Position numbers and translations under genes: made by a program. The notes beneath the pieces are model-generated. The model was not told where the DNA came from. It saw nothing but the letters and a program-made list of their open reading frames with translations, and searched no databases. Source: Scyliorhinus canicula (lineage: Eukaryota). From it: DNA of 64,000 nucleotides. Location: positions 15,020,348 through 15,084,347 of the forward strand of contig NC_052165.1 of NCBI RefSeq assembly GCF_902713615.1. Direction: 5' to 3'. Shown here piece by piece: positions 24,959 through 38,327 of the stretch; within the stretch, counting starts at the first letter, position 1; each line of letters opens with the position of its first letter.

Positions 24959-25096
24959 TATCTGTCCACTTAACGAGACCCTGTGGGCTTCTAGCTGCAA
25001 ATGAAGGCTCGCCAGCTGATTTGCCGACACCGCGCCTGCCAGGCCCCGGCTAACTTAAGCAGCACTTGCTCAGCCAACCCCAATCAGCTGGCAACA

Positions 25097-26470
25097 ATGA
25101 CGCCAAGGAGGTTGGCAAAAAGGTTCCTGGATGCAGATCTGGGGAGGCCCATTGATGCAGTGGGGGCCAAGAGAAATGTCCGGTTCCCCCGTCGGTCCCA
25201 GAGGGTGAGCGACAGGGCTGCCTGGGATGAGCTGGCAGTGGCTGTAAGCTCCAGGAGCGTGACCAGAAGGAATGGCTTCCAGTGCCAGAAAAAGGCCAAT
25301 GACCTACACCGGGCAGCACGAGTAACTAGACACCACACCACCTCCCCCCCCACCCCCAACTGTCCTTGCGACCCCCAACTCTCCCTTCACACACCCCCTC
25401 AAACCCTTCCAATCCTTCCTTCACAACCCCCCTCTTACCACTGTCAATCAAACATGTGACTAAGGATGTCATCTCTGCATCTCCTCAGGAAAAGTTCTCC
25501 CACAATTGGCGGGAGAGGGCCCAATCTGGCGGCGGGGTGCCAGACTTGAGAATCCTCACCTCCTTCGAGGAGCAGGCCCTGGAGGTGACGGGGGGTGGCC
25601 GAGGACAGGACAGTCACCCAGGCAAAGGTTAGCGGACGCTGTAGAGGTGAGGATCCAGCAGGCTCCACCCGGAGGACTGTCAAAAGTGAGTTGTTATTGC
25701 CATAGTGACTGACCCCTCCCTCCACGTGACCACTGACCACGTGACCATTCTCCCACAGGTCCTCCAGCATCGGCCCATCGTAGGTGCCCCCCCACCCCTC
25801 TCTCCAGCCTTCCAGGAGACCATCTCGGAGGGGAACTCTCAGGAAGACACTATCGAAGCGTCACAGCTGTAATCTCAACCCTCTACCAGCGCAGATACAT
25901 GGACCTCGGTGGGACATGTTCGTGGACAGGCTTCTGGGGCACAATCTGGTGAGCACCATGGAGCTGCTATTGTACATCAGGTGGAAGCAGGAACTCCCAG
26001 ACGAGACAGCAGTCGGAGGTCTGCTGGATCCCAAGACCCAGCTTCGTTCCAGCCTGATGCTGAGCCTGTGGAAGAGGTGTACCTGGAGCTGTTGGAGATG
26101 ATAGGGAGTGGCTGGTTCATTCAGAGGGAGATGTCAGCAACATTCCAGCAGATCCATAGCCAATTGGAGGAGTCCCAGAGGCTACGAGCGCGGGAGATTT
26201 TGCCGGCAATGCGTGGCACTGAGGGCAACACTGATCGGGTGGCGGCCCTAGTGGAGAGCCTGGTGCACAACGTCGGCACCATTAGTGAAGTCGGTGACGC
26301 AGTCGGTGACGGCCACGGCTGATGGTCTCGGCAGAATGTCTGACTCGCTGGGGGATGTGACCCAGTACGATGCTGCAATTGATGAGATGCTCCGGGACAT
26401 GTCCCACTCTCAGATGGGAATGGCCCAGGCGCTGTGTAGCTTGTCCCGGTCACTGAGGAGCATCGCCGAG
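25097..26470 (+). pseudogene. Three-exon Myb/SANT-like (MSANTD/NAIF1-type) Harbinger accessory gene, disrupted
   Basis: Exon 25097-25321 RFLDADL...AAWDELAVAVSS...RNGFQCQKKANDL; exon 25489-25685 RERAQSGGG...LTSFEEQAL; third exon from 25759; GT/AG introns; frameshift near 25590. Confidence 0.75.
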
Positions 26471-26634
26471 GCCTCGAGTGAGAGTGCAACAAGACCGGAG
26501 AATCATGCCCAAAGTGAGCTTAGATAGCGGTGGGGAACTTGCCAACAGAGCCGGGGTGAAACACCCAGCAAATCCTGGACTCAATTCTCCCGCCGCATTC
26601 CACTCCCGCTTGAGCGAAACACGGCCGGTCTCCC

Positions 26635-26882
26635 CATGCACCTTCTCCCCATTTCTGCGTGGGCTTCCTCCGGATGCTGCAGTTTCCTCCCACAGTCCAA
26701 AAATATGCAGGTTAAGATGGATGCATTATGCTAAATTGCCCTTTAGTGTTCAGAGTTTGACAGAATAGGCTATGGGGATAGGGCGGGGTCGGTTGGAGAG
26801 TGGACCTGGGTACAGTGCTTTTGCGGAGGGGAGGGGCAGGTCCGCTGGAATGAATAGGTGCCTCCTGCACTGTAGGGATTCT
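26635..26882 (+). mobile_element. 5'-truncated HE1-like V-SINE
   Basis: Core and tail only. Confidence 0.75.
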
Positions 26883-27497
26883 TCCAGAAGAAGGGTGTCT
26901 CACGATGTAACAGTGCGGAATCTGAAATTATGTTTATTCCCCATTGTATTTTTGTCTAAATATGATTGTTTTTCCCCCCCCCCCAATCTTAAAGAAAGGG
27001 AATCTGACAATGTTAGAAATGCAAGTCCCTTTAAAAATAAACCAGGACTGGCTTCAGAGTGATTTGAGAGCAGATGTGTCTCATTGAAGCCTGAACTTAA
27101 CAAATGGGTTTTCCGCAGTAAGGAGTTTGCTTCTGGATGGGATATGGAAGGGACAAGTGGAATCTGGTGGTGGTGCTGAACTCTAGTATAGCAATGAAAG
27201 TTGTGAATCACAGAATATCTTCTGCTGCTTGAAACAGAACATAGATATCCAGCTGTGTGGCACCACGTGTTATTTTTAACAATGAACATTGCTACAACAA
27301 AAGCAGAAAATGCTGGTCAATCTCAGCAGGTCTGACAGCATCTGAGGAGAGAGAGAGAGTGGGCCTCCCTCATTCCCTTCTCTCTCCACAGACGCTGTCT
27401 GTCCGGCATTTTCTGTTTCTGTTTCAGATCCCAACATCCGCAGTCATTTGTTTTTATCACTACTTTTGTACGTTTGCAGTTTGTCATAGCCGTTAAT

Positions 27498-27766
27498 GGA
27501 CGGCAGGGTAGCACAGTGGTTAGCACTGTTTGTTCACAGCACCAGGGACCCGGGTTCAATTCCAGGCTTGGGTCACTGTCTGTGTGGAGTCTGCACATTC
27601 TCGTCCCACAAGACCCGAAAGACGTGCTTGTTAGGTGAATTGGACATACTGAATCATCCCTCAGTGTACCCGAACAGGCGCGTAGTGTGGCGACTAGGGG
27701 ATTTTCACAGTAACTTCATTGCAGTGTAAGCCTACATGTGGCACGAATAAAATTATTATTATTATT
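27498..27766 (+). mobile_element. V-SINE variant with (tta)n-type tail
   Basis: HE1 head with tail gtggcgactagggg...cacagtaacttcatt...aataaa(tta)n. Confidence 0.8.
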
Positions 27767-28838
27767 GATCCTTCAGCTAGGCTGTCATCACACAACGACG
27801 GCCTTTCTCGAGACGTGTATATCCTGAAAGGGAAATTATACTCCTTTTGAAATGATTATATGTACATGGTGTGAGAGCATAAATTTGTACTTTATCGTAT
27901 GATCTGAAAATCTTGAGTTTGCACCGTAATTGCTCCGATCATCAACCATTTAAAAATACAATGGAGTCCCAATTATTTGCCATACTGGAGGATCTCCTTC
28001 TCGTGGACAATCACAATTGGTGAGTAATTGAGTTGTAGCCTCGTGTCAATAAAATGCACAACCTGCATTCCTGACAGAACTGAACAGGCCACACAGCTGT
28101 CAAAAGAATTTCAACAAAAGCAGCCCCCTGACCTGACCCAAATGATTTTGTGCACTACGCTTTATGTAGAGGGGACATTGTATGACCTGAACCATCCCAA
28201 GCCCCCAGCCAGCCATGACTTTAAGTGCACACAGAAGATTAATCGTGTAAGACCTGACCCAAAGTTGTAACCAGCTGTTGCAAACTTGCATTACAAACTT
28301 GCATTACTGTGAAACACAAACCCCTGTCAGTCTAGATCATAGATAACTGAGAGTGCGGATACTGAGAGCAGAGACAACTGGGACTCCATTTAATGCCTTC
28401 AAAAAATAATTACCACCGTGTGGCATTTGTGACTCACTTCCCTCAAAGAATTATTTTAATACTTCTGGGAGATTGTTTTATGGACCTTTGAAATGTACTG
28501 AGGAACTGGAAGCAATTTAAAAATAACACATCAATCAAATTCAGCTATTTTTATACCAGCTCTATAACTTGTAGCAGGAGCAGCATCTATTCACAGTCTA
28601 GTTGTTCTGTGCAGGGCGTAGAATTAATTGTACGATATATAAAGCATATTTTCGATCCATATATTCGGTTAATCTTTCTTTACTAATGGAATAATTTGAG
28701 AAATAAACTCCAAAAAGTTAATATTTTGCCCAGAATGCAGATTTACAGTCCAAGTTTACATTTGCCATCTGCATGTCATCACAAAAGGTTTCTGCTGCTT
28801 TAAACAATCGACCAAACCAGTTTTTAAAATGACATTTC

Positions 28839-31310
28839 TGTGGTAGCGTGCCCCTTTAAGGGGGCGGGTTCCCGGAGGGTCATGAACCCCAATCGGCCAA
28901 TAGGGCTGGAGCGCAAGAACCCTGGGGATGGAGCACGGGTTCCCAATCAGTTGGAAGTTTGGAGTCTTGGATCATGGAAGTTTTTATCTCAATCTCCATA
29001 CATAGTTTCTTACTTTAATAAATCGCTCAGTTGTTAATCCATCGGGTGGTCACTGTTCTGTCAGGACATTACATTGGCGATGAGGATCAACCGCAGTGCC
29101 TTCCTGCTGTTACAAAAATTAGGAGAGTGGTCTTGAGTGAAACCTTCTCCATCGAAGCCAACTCCTTTCCCAGTCCATGAGGTTTCCTTTTGGTAAACTA
29201 GAACCATTTGACCCTCCAACGAAGCAATGGGCGCTATATGTAACGCATCTCTGTTACTTTCTCAGGGCATATTAATTTGGGGGAGGGTGGGAGGAAAAGC
29301 AGCAATTCTACTAATGGCCTGCGGGGCTCCCGCTTACAGCCTAATTAGGATTTTGACGTCTCCAGATGCCCCCGACTTTCAACATTCGAGGAGTTGGTGG
29401 TTAGTCAAGGGTCATTAGCAACCGAAACGCTCCATAATAATGCAGCGTTACAAGTTCAATTCAACAAAGACACCGGGGAGATGGTCGAGGTCTTCATGGC
29501 ATGCCTAAAGCAAATGGCTGAACAATGCGTGTTGAGGTCTGCACTAAACGACATGTCGAAGGACAGGCTGTATTGTGGTGTTAACAACATGGTCATACAA
29601 AAATAATTGTTAGCAGAGGCAGAGATACCCTTAAAGAAGCAATTCGAGGTCGCCCAGCCTATGGAAAGTGCGGAGAGGAGGGCGATGGAGTTAAAGAAGA
29701 GAGCATGCAAGAAGGGTGGGTGGCACGGTAGCATAGTGGTTAGCATCAATGCTTCACAGCTCCAGGGTCCCAGGTTCGATTCCTGGCTGGGTCACTGTCT
29801 GTGCGGAGTCTGCACGTCCTCCCCGTGTGTGCGTGGGTTTCCTCCGGGTGCTCCGGTTTCCTCCCACAGTCCAAAGATGTGCGGGTTAGGTGGATTGGCC
29901 ATGCTAAATTGCCATCAGTGTCCTAAAAAAAAGTAAGGTTAAGGGGGAGTTGTTGGGTTACGGGTATAGGGTGGATACGTGGGTTTGAGTAGGGTGATCA
30001 TTGCTCGGCACAACATCGAGGGCCGAAGGGCCTGTTCTGTGCTGTACTGTTCTAAATTCTAAATTCTAAAGGGGAGGTCCACCAGGGCTGTTGGGAAGCG
30101 CCTGGCAGTTGTGGAGCCAGGGATGAAAGCGCAGAAACCAATGAGCAAAGAGGCTCAGAGCTGAAGAAAGTGCAGAGATATCAGGACTTTGGTCCACAGA
30201 CCAGGAGCTATGAAGAATGCTACTGATGTGGGGAAGATCATTCCCAGGAAAGACGTAGATTCAGGAAGCTACATGTTATGCCTGCAATAGGAGGAGGCAC
30301 ATTCAGAGGAAATGCAAGGCTAAGGCTGAGCCTACAGGGGGCCAAAAAAAATCACTCCCAACTCCAGAACACAGTGTTGAGAACAACCCCGAAAACGAAT
30401 CTGAATGCAGTTTAAACAACAAAAAGGTGGAAAAGACGCCCCTAATTACGATTGCACGAATCATAAATGGTCAGTTGTTTCGAATGGAGGTGGACACATG
30501 GGGCCTCTGCTACAGTTTTAGGTGAACATACGTATCGTTATCTGCAAGGTGGAGTGAAGCCCCTGCAGGTAAGAAGCACATTGGCCAGGCTAGCCACCTA
30601 TACTGGGAAAGCTTTAAGAATCCTACCAGTGACCATAACACCTGTAAGCTACTGGGACCAGTCAGCCCAACTGCCCTTAGTAGTAGTAGTGGGGGGGGAG
30701 TCTGGTGGGCCGAGATTGGCTGTGCCAAATTGGTTGGAGATCTTTCAAATCAACGAGGGAGGCCTTAATGATACCTTAAGAAATTATAAAGAGGTGTTCC
30801 AAAACAGTTCAGCAAGATATAGAGCCTTCAAGCAAAGATTTATGTGGATTCGGAGGCCACGGTCAAGTTTTTGAGAGCATTTAGGAATGGCAAACTATTA
30901 TGGTAGATTTATTCCCAATCTTTCCACATTGTCAGCACCCTTGCACACCCTACTCAAGAAGCACCAGAGCTGGTATTGGAAAGATCGTCAGAAAGAAGCC
31001 TTTGAACAGGTTTAATTAGCCTTGCCACCATCCAATCTCTATTTCAACCTCCAAAAGAGAGAATCCTTACCTACGACATGCCCTCTGACAGAATAGGGGT
31101 GGTTTTGGCCCATAAGATGGAAGATGGCACTGAAAGGCGTATCGCCTATGCCTGGAGAACTTTGACCAGTGCTGAACAAGTATATAACCAAATTGAAAAG
31201 GAGGGACTGGCCGTGACATCTGGAGTCAATAAGTTCCACAATGCGTCATTTCAGAGTCATTACCGACAAACCCTTGTTGGGGTTATTTAGGGAGGATAAG
31301 GATGCTGCCC
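28839..31310 (+). mobile_element. Decayed Gypsy LTR retrotransposon (5' LTR 28839-29073, PBS, gag, protease, partial RT/RNase H)
   Basis: TG...CA LTR with AATAAA; PBS tggcgatgag at 29075; FGKLEPFD; zinc knuckles near 30220-30315; MEVDT protease; FLGMANYYGRFIPNL; IAYAWRTLTSAEQVYNQIEKEGLAV. Confidence 0.85.
29716..30069 (+). mobile_element. HE1-like V-SINE inside Gypsy gag
   Basis: Full head, core and tail. Confidence 0.9.
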
Positions 31311-32353
31311 ACGGCTACCCACAAGTCCTCCAATTTGTACAGTTTGAGTGTTGTTATATGTGGACATGAATCCCCAGCATAACAATGTGAGTGTTCATCA
31401 TTGACTATTAACATTGACTAGGCAATCTTACTCTGAGAATAGAAAGAGTAAGAAAAGAAATGTAACATCGGGTAGATAAGTTTGGAATTATAGTTGAGCT
31501 ACGTCTTTGGGGGATTGTAGATGACCATGTGTGCTTGATATCATCAACGCGGGTTATGCAGGTTTTCATTGCAGTCCAGCATTCTGTCCTCCAGCAGTTA
31601 GGTAACATCTCTGTTCTGGAGAAATACCAGTGACCTAATGGAGCAGGAACCCGCTGTCCTCACTCTGGATGACAGCTTCCATGCTCCCACCACTGCCTCT
31701 TCACCAGTGACCCACGTTGTTGACTCTCAGCCAGAAGCTCAGACTCTGTCATCCGTGCTGAGGTGTGCAGTCTGAAGCCGGGCCCTGAAGGTCCAGGGCT
31801 CCCACCGGTTGTCCTGCAAGGCCATCTGCAGACTCTCTCAGTGAAAGTAGCACCATGCCTTCAACTGGGACATTGCAGTGTGCAGGAAGGCTAGACCACA
31901 AACAGGCACTAAAACACACGCACTAAGGCTAGTTATGTTAGCATGTGTTATTGGATGGGTTGCTGGATAAAGTTGTTGTGCAAAGATTTTTTTTTTGTTG
32001 GTGGCTCTCGATTAGGATTTTGATCAAGAAGATAAAGTGATGACATGTAGATGATGGACTGAAAGTTAAAATTATAGAACAATGGTGGTCTTCCTAAGGG
32101 AGTCTCAATCAGCCTCCTGGACAGCAAATCTGGAACAAAAGGGTCTCGCATGCCTCCTCCCCACCTAGTCTATCTCCTAAGATGGTGTCCATATTGTTAC
32201 AATTATGAGGTTTAATCAGATTGTTATGTTTTGGGACTGTATCTTTAATTGGAGTAAAATGTAGATCACATGAGACCTATTCTGAAGGCCTGTGTAAGGG
32301 GGCTATTAAAGATTAAATAAAGGACAAGATTACTTTGCTGAAAAGTTGTAAGG

Positions 32354-32512
32354 TGTTAGGTGGATTGGCCATGCTAAATTGCCCGTAGTGTAAGGTTAAT
32401 GGGGGGATTGTTGGGTTACGGGTATACGGGTTACGTGGGTTTAAGTGGGGTGATCATTGCTCGGCACAACATCGAGGGCCGAAGGGCCTGTTCTGTGCTG
32501 TACTGTTCTATG
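32354..32512 (+). mobile_element. 3' half of HE1-like SINE
   Basis: Matches 4343-4520. Confidence 0.85.
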
Positions 32513-32597
32513 TGTTTGCAGTTGGAGACAATGACAGCAGCATCTGTGCTAACAGTGGTAAACTGCTAGTCTCCAGTCCCATGAAAGTGCTGAAAAA

Positions 32598-32898
32598 AAT
32601 AATAAATAATAATCTTTATTGTCACAAGTAGACTTACATTAACACGGCAATTAAGTTACCGTGAAAAGCACCTCGTCGCCACATTCCAGCGCCTGTTCGG
32701 ATACACCGAGGGAAAATTCAGAATGTCCAAATCACCTAACAGCACGTCTTTTGGGATTTGTGGGAGGAAACCGGAGCACCCGGAGGAAACCCGCACAGAC
32801 ACGGGAGAACATGCAGACTCCTCACAGACAGTGACCCAAGCCGGGAAACAAACCTGGAAACCTGGCGCGGTGAAGCAACAGTGATACCCACTGTGCTA
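32598..32898 (-). mobile_element. V-SINE variant with (tta)n-type tail
   Basis: Reverse complement of the 27498 type. Confidence 0.85.
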
Positions 32899-34129
32899 GG
32901 TTTGTAAACAGTTATACTTCTGTCAGGAAACAGAGGTAGATTAAGTAATCTACCTTTGTATTATTGGATATTAGAAATAAGGTATAGATCTAAATGAGTT
33001 TAATTGAATGTTTCTGTGTAAGAATGGTTTAAAACTCTAGATTCAGATAAATAAAGGGGCTTACATGTATGGGGGCTGTGGCTTCATTTCAAACTGTGTC
33101 TGTATCGGGTTTTGAGCGTTTGCAGCGTGAAAAGCAAATAGAGCTTGAAGAAGAACTGTGCTATTGCTTCGCAACTAGGGGCCACCTTTAAGTTACAAAG
33201 ACCTTTTTTGAGTTTAGCTTTAACTGGACCCAACGCAGTTGGTGCTTAGCAAATGGCGATGAAATTCTCACAGACGTAGGAGAATGGAATAATGGGAAGA
33301 AGCAAGTTCCAAAAGAACAGATAGTTCTAGAAAGCAGAGGATGAACAGAGGTCCCAGGAAGTCAAAAGGGACAAAATGAACTGGAATTTGAACAAGGCAG
33401 TTCTCTAAAATTCAAGTGAAAGGTGGAGAAATGCTGAGAGACAGCTGCAAGAACCAGATTTAAAATGAGGAACCAGACATCAGGTAAATCAAAAGTTTGG
33501 TGACATCTTAATACAGCCTGTGAAGCAGCAGTATTCTATCGCGTGGCTGGATACCTGACAGACTGTGTGGAAGCTTGAATGGATGTGACAATTAAAGGCA
33601 GAGGAATACTGAAAGAGTTGGAAATCCTGGAAACGGATCCTTGCTGAAAATAGCTGAGGAATGCATTGTTAGATTCTAAGGTTTGTCTTTTTGAGACTAA
33701 GTTTGGAAACACTCATGTGATAGCCAGAGTCCAGTGAGGCCAGGTGGCTCACAGCATAATAATTATCTGGGAGGATTTGAGGAGAAATCCACAAAATTTT
33801 GATAAGTGGCAGCTGCCACTTGGTTTCAGGATGGGGTGTGTCTGACCACGGTTGGCCCATTGATTAACAGGGACTGTGTATTTTCTGAGAACAAAGTATA
33901 TTTTGTAACCTGTGTTATCTTTACAATTTATGTACACTTGTGAAGATTTCAGTGGGGTGAAGGAGTATTGCATTACAGTCAAACTTTCTCATGTTGTTTT
34001 TTTCTGTTGTTAAAAGTTAATTAGAAGTTCACAGAACGGTAGTTGGAAAGTGTTAAATCTTAAAGTTAATCATCTTTATAAATTAAAATAACAATGTCTA
34101 AGATACAGTATGGACTCAAAAATGGGAGA

Positions 34130-34925
34130 AGCTAGTTAAACATTGAAATAACAGTAACAGTGGCCTAAGTGGTGAAACCCCAATGCTTACAAATATTGAC
34201 CACAGCAAAGAGAGGTAAGTGCATTCCAAGCACTAAGTACATTCCAGGGGCTGAAACATGTGCTTGCACGGCACTCACTTCCTTCATGAACCATGAAGGG
34301 ACATGAATTAATCAAAGCTGCAGATGGTTTGTAGAAGCTGTCAATCACAGATTAAAACCAGAAATCTATGAATGGCTTGCAGCTAATTAATCTGTCGGAA
34401 CCAGATACAGGTCACAACTCCTCTCCTTCCAGGAATGAACTCATGGAGCTTCCTAAGTGATTCGGCTGTAATTCTTCTCACTGCCCCTGCCTGGACTGAT
34501 CTCTACTTCCAGACAGGGGTCTCTTTTTTTGGGGGGGGATGGTCTGTGTGGGTGGAGGAGGTCCATGGGGGGGGGGGGGGGGGTCCCTTTGGTCAGATTA
34601 TCCCTGGGGGTATCCTTTTGACAGGGCGTCCCTGTGAGGGGGCTCCCTATTAGAGGGATCCCTGGGAGAAGCTCTCTATTACAGAGGCCCTTGGTGGCAG
34701 GGGGGAGGGGGAAGGGGGGGTGAATTCTGGTAGGAGGGGGTTGAGCAGGCAGTGCATTGTCAGGGGGAAGTGGGGGTGGTCCTCGGTTGGACCTGGATGG
34801 TCTCTATCTGCGTGCCCCTGTCGTGGTGGACCTTGCGGTGGGCCAAACGGATAATTCCTGGGCAGTTAACCCCGTGGCGCACTGTGAGGTCCACCACAAG
34901 TGATCCCCGACCACCTAATTCCTGT

Positions 34926-34956
<31 letters not shown>

Positions 34957-35195
34957 ATCACAGAAGGCCGGAGCATAGCCAGGCTCGCAAAATGGATGCA
35001 AATGGGTCATTAAGACCTCACATTAAGACCTCCTGGTCATGGACCTTGTTCATGCCGCCAGCAGAGGGTCAGAGCATCGAGATCGGGTCGGCGCCTCGCG
35101 TCAATCCCGATTTATTTATTTCTTTCCCCCCATAGCCGATTCGCCATCCCATCGGGAAACGTGATCCGGGTGTCCCAGGATGGAGAATCCCGCCC
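34130..35195. mobile_element. Harbinger-derived non-autonomous element, one end intact
   Basis: TIR ggagaatcccgccc at 35182-35195; inverse homology to 13227-14200. Confidence 0.65.
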
Positions 35196-35934
35196 ATCAT
35201 TTTACTTCCACAAAGTTTGTCAGAGCAATCATCAGTGAAAAGTACCTCACCTACAGTGGATATCGGGCTCTCTAAATAGTGCTCGTGGGTAGTGCCTTGA
35301 GGAGTTGGATACATGTTCAGCTGGAAGGGATGAGGACACTGGACTGTGTGCAGTTAAAGTTTGCTGAACAGCATCATTTCAGCCTGAGAAGCTGTTTGAA
35401 TCTATTATCTGCCCATTGCCAAAGCTTCCGGCGTATGGATGGCTCACCCACTCTCGCACTGTCCCAAGCTGTGATCCTTGCTCGAAACAAAACAAAATAC
35501 TCATGTTTAATTTATATCCAGGTTATTTCGATGTGCATGACTTAATCATGGAGCTAAACCGTTTCAGTAAGTCTACGTCCGGTTAAGAAGAACTCTCCTG
35601 ATATGTGAGACTCTAATTAGCCATGTATGTTTCATCATAAATGTCTTGTTAGGTCATATTCCTGATCCTGTAACCTAATGACCAGCTCTGAGAAGCAAAC
35701 ACATGTTATTTCACTTGTAGTATAAATAGAGTATTCAGTGTGCTACACATGGTATAAATATTCGTTATGCTAATGTGAAGCATCATTGTACTCCATTCAT
35801 GAGAAAGCTCTTCATAACCCACTCATAACGTTGACAGTCATGAATTTAATACTTACAAAAAAATAGAGCAGTAATGATTAAACACAAAGGAAAGCACTCA
35901 AAGGCCACATAACACCCTTTTTCTGGAGTTGGAT

Positions 35935-36260
35935 TGGATTTGATTATTGTCACGTGAGCCGAGGTACAGTGAAAAGTATTGGGCGGAATTCTCCCTCCCC
36001 CACGCCGGGTGGGAGAATCGCGGGGGCACCGAGCGAGACCCGCCACGCCGCCCCGGCATCCGCGCGCGATTCTCCCATCCCCCAAACCGGCGCGGCGAGA
36101 TTCACGGCTGGCCGCTGGGAGAATCGCTGCTCGCCGTTTGTAATGGGAGAATTGCGCCCATTGTTCTGACAGCAACTCAAACAGATCATTTAGAACATGG
36201 AAAGAAAAGAAAATACATAATAGGGCAACACACGGTACAGAATGTCAATACATAGACACC
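35935..36260 (-). mobile_element. L2-like LINE 3' tail interrupted by a MITE
   Basis: Reverse complement of ...cttttcactgtacctcg...gtgacaataa tail. Confidence 0.5.
35981..36159. mobile_element. Short (179 bp) Harbinger-type MITE
   Basis: TIRs gggcggaattctcc / ggagaattgcgccc; TSD ATT. Confidence 0.88.
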
Positions 36261-37204
36261 GTCATTGCGTTGTCTAAAGGTTTATCTTTAGGTGCCCGTT
36301 AGTCTTGTCTTGTACGTGGAGATGTGGCTTTCCTCATACCCACCCGTACTCAAGTCTTGTACTTCAGAGTCTGCCCGTAACTTTGTTCATTGTGGATGTT
36401 CTGAGTGTGTATATTACTTGGTTTGAAACAACTGCCGATAGATATTTCAGTTGCAGGATTTGGTGTGAAAACCTCTGGCGACCACTGAGTCAGGCTCTTC
36501 AGCTATCATTCACCTTTCTTGTGCCAACAATCTGACATTAGGAACTAAAATATATCACGACTTAACTGAGTGTATAATCTCAATATGATTTGATAGAAAT
36601 TAATCTAAAATAGAGATTGGGGGGGGTGATTGAGTGATCAAAGATATGCCCTTTTAAAAGAGTTGCATTTAAAGATAGACTTGTGGATTGGTGCTCCAGT
36701 TGGGCAAGGCACCCAACAGGAACATAAAATCAAAATATCACTTTAAATTTGTACTTAAATTTAATACTTTCACCTCATGTTTCTTTGATTCTGCCGTAAA
36801 ATATATTTAACTCAGTAATCAAATAGGTCCTTGGATTATAATCTTCTCCATGCCTCTCTGCAATTTTCCAAGAGCTTACTTCAATTTTCAAACCATTCGG
36901 CATTGACATTCTCTTCCTGCTTTCCCTGAGATCCTCCCTCTGTAATGTCTCTTCCTAGTCTTAGGATGCGTCCTGTCTAGCCTCGCTGCCTTTTCTAATT
37001 ATGTTCCGCAAATATCTTTGTCTGTTCACTCCCCTCAGCACTTCCCCATTTTGTTACTTTTTCTGTCCAGCGGATCCTTTCTATCTTCTTCCAGACTTAC
37101 ATTTCAAAGCTATTTATCCAGTTGGTCTCCTCTTTCTGCAACGTCCAAATAAACCACTCCAAATCCACCTGGTTCGCAACTGGGTTTCAATGTTAAATAC
37201 AGCC

Positions 37205-37405
37205 TTTCCCACTGCTATCCAAAGATGTGCAGGTTAGGAGGATTGGCCAGGCTAAATTTGTCCCTTTGAGTCCAAAGATGCGCAGATTAGGTGGGGTTAG
37301 GAGGATAGGGCAGCGGAGTGGGCCACGGTAGGGTGCTCTTTCAGAGGGTTGATGCAGACTCTATGGGCCGAATGGCCTCCTTCTGTGCACTGAAGGGGTT
37401 CTATG
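37205..37405 (+). mobile_element. 5'-truncated HE1-like SINE
   Basis: Core end and tail. Confidence 0.75.
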
Positions 37406-37600
37406 AAATAAATAAATAAGAACAAGGATCACGGAATCATATGTTTTGTCAATTCTCATTCCAAAGTTCATAGTTGCTGTTGCTAGTTTGTTTACTAGTT
37501 CTTGTTATCCACTCTCTGTGCCTGCTACAAGTGTTTCGCATCTGAAAATCTAATTGCTTTTATCATTTGTGCTCCCCCGCAAATCTTAATTCCAGATTCT

Positions 37601-38327
37601 GGGCGGGATTCTCCAAACCCCCGCCGGGTCGGAGAATCGGCGAAGGGCGGCGTGAATCCAGCCCCGCCGCTCTGACGCCGGCTGCCGAATTCTCTGGCGG
37701 CGGTTTTCGGGCAGGGGTGGGGATCACGCCGTGCCGGTTGGGAGCCGTTGGCAGCGCCCCCCCGCCCAGCAATTCTCCGGGCCCCGATGTGCCAAGCGGC
37801 CAACCGTTTTCGGCCAGTTCCGCCGGCATGAAATGGACATGGTCCATCACGGCGGGACCTGACTAGGAGGCCGACTACCGGAGTCCTCGGGGGGGGGGGG
37901 GGGGGGGGGGGGGGGTGGAGGGGCATGGGAGGATCCGGCCTCGGGGGTGGGGCCCCATGGTGGCCTGGCCGGCGATCGGGTCCCACCGATCTGTGGGCGG
38001 GCCTGTGCCGTGAGGGCACTCTTTCCCTCCGCGCCAGCCCCTGTAGGCCTCCGCCATGGTCGGCGCGGGGAAGAAATCCCCTGCGCATGCGCAAGAACAC
38101 GCTGGCGGTTCTGCGCTTGTGCCAGAACACGGCCGCAGCTCTGTGCATGCGCGGGACCACGACGGCCCTTTGGCACCGGTTGGCTCGGTGCCAACCTCTC
38201 TGGCGCCGGCCTAGCCCCCGGAAGTGCGGAGGATTCGCAACTTCTGGGTGGCCCAATGCCGGAGTGGTTCACGCTGTTTTTGGCATCAGCGTCAGGCCTT
38301 CCCACCGATTGTGGAAGAATCCCGTCC
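37601..38327. mobile_element. Intact GC-rich Harbinger-type MITE
   Basis: TIRs gggcgggattctcc / gaagaatcccgtcc; TSD TCT. Confidence 0.9.

Larger units (their letters stand above)
24477..26575 (+). mobile_element. PIF/Harbinger element relic carrying the Myb/SANT gene; transposase not seen
   Basis: Left TIR gggcacgatctaacgg; Myb-like ORF inside; right end missing. Confidence 0.7.
23951..27245 (+). mobile_element. Deleted LTR retrotransposon (two diverged LTRs, gag remnant) hosting a Harbinger relic and SINEs
   Basis: Direct repeats tgacaatgttagaaatg...ccctttaa at 23951 and 27005; purine tract before 27005; gag-like PYKQWTNEVEMW...KQGMALALSL. Confidence 0.65.
32195..34093. mobile_element. Possible long solo LTR containing two SINE insertions
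   Basis: tgttac...ataaca ends with imperfect 4-bp TSD atat/atgt. Confidence 0.4.
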
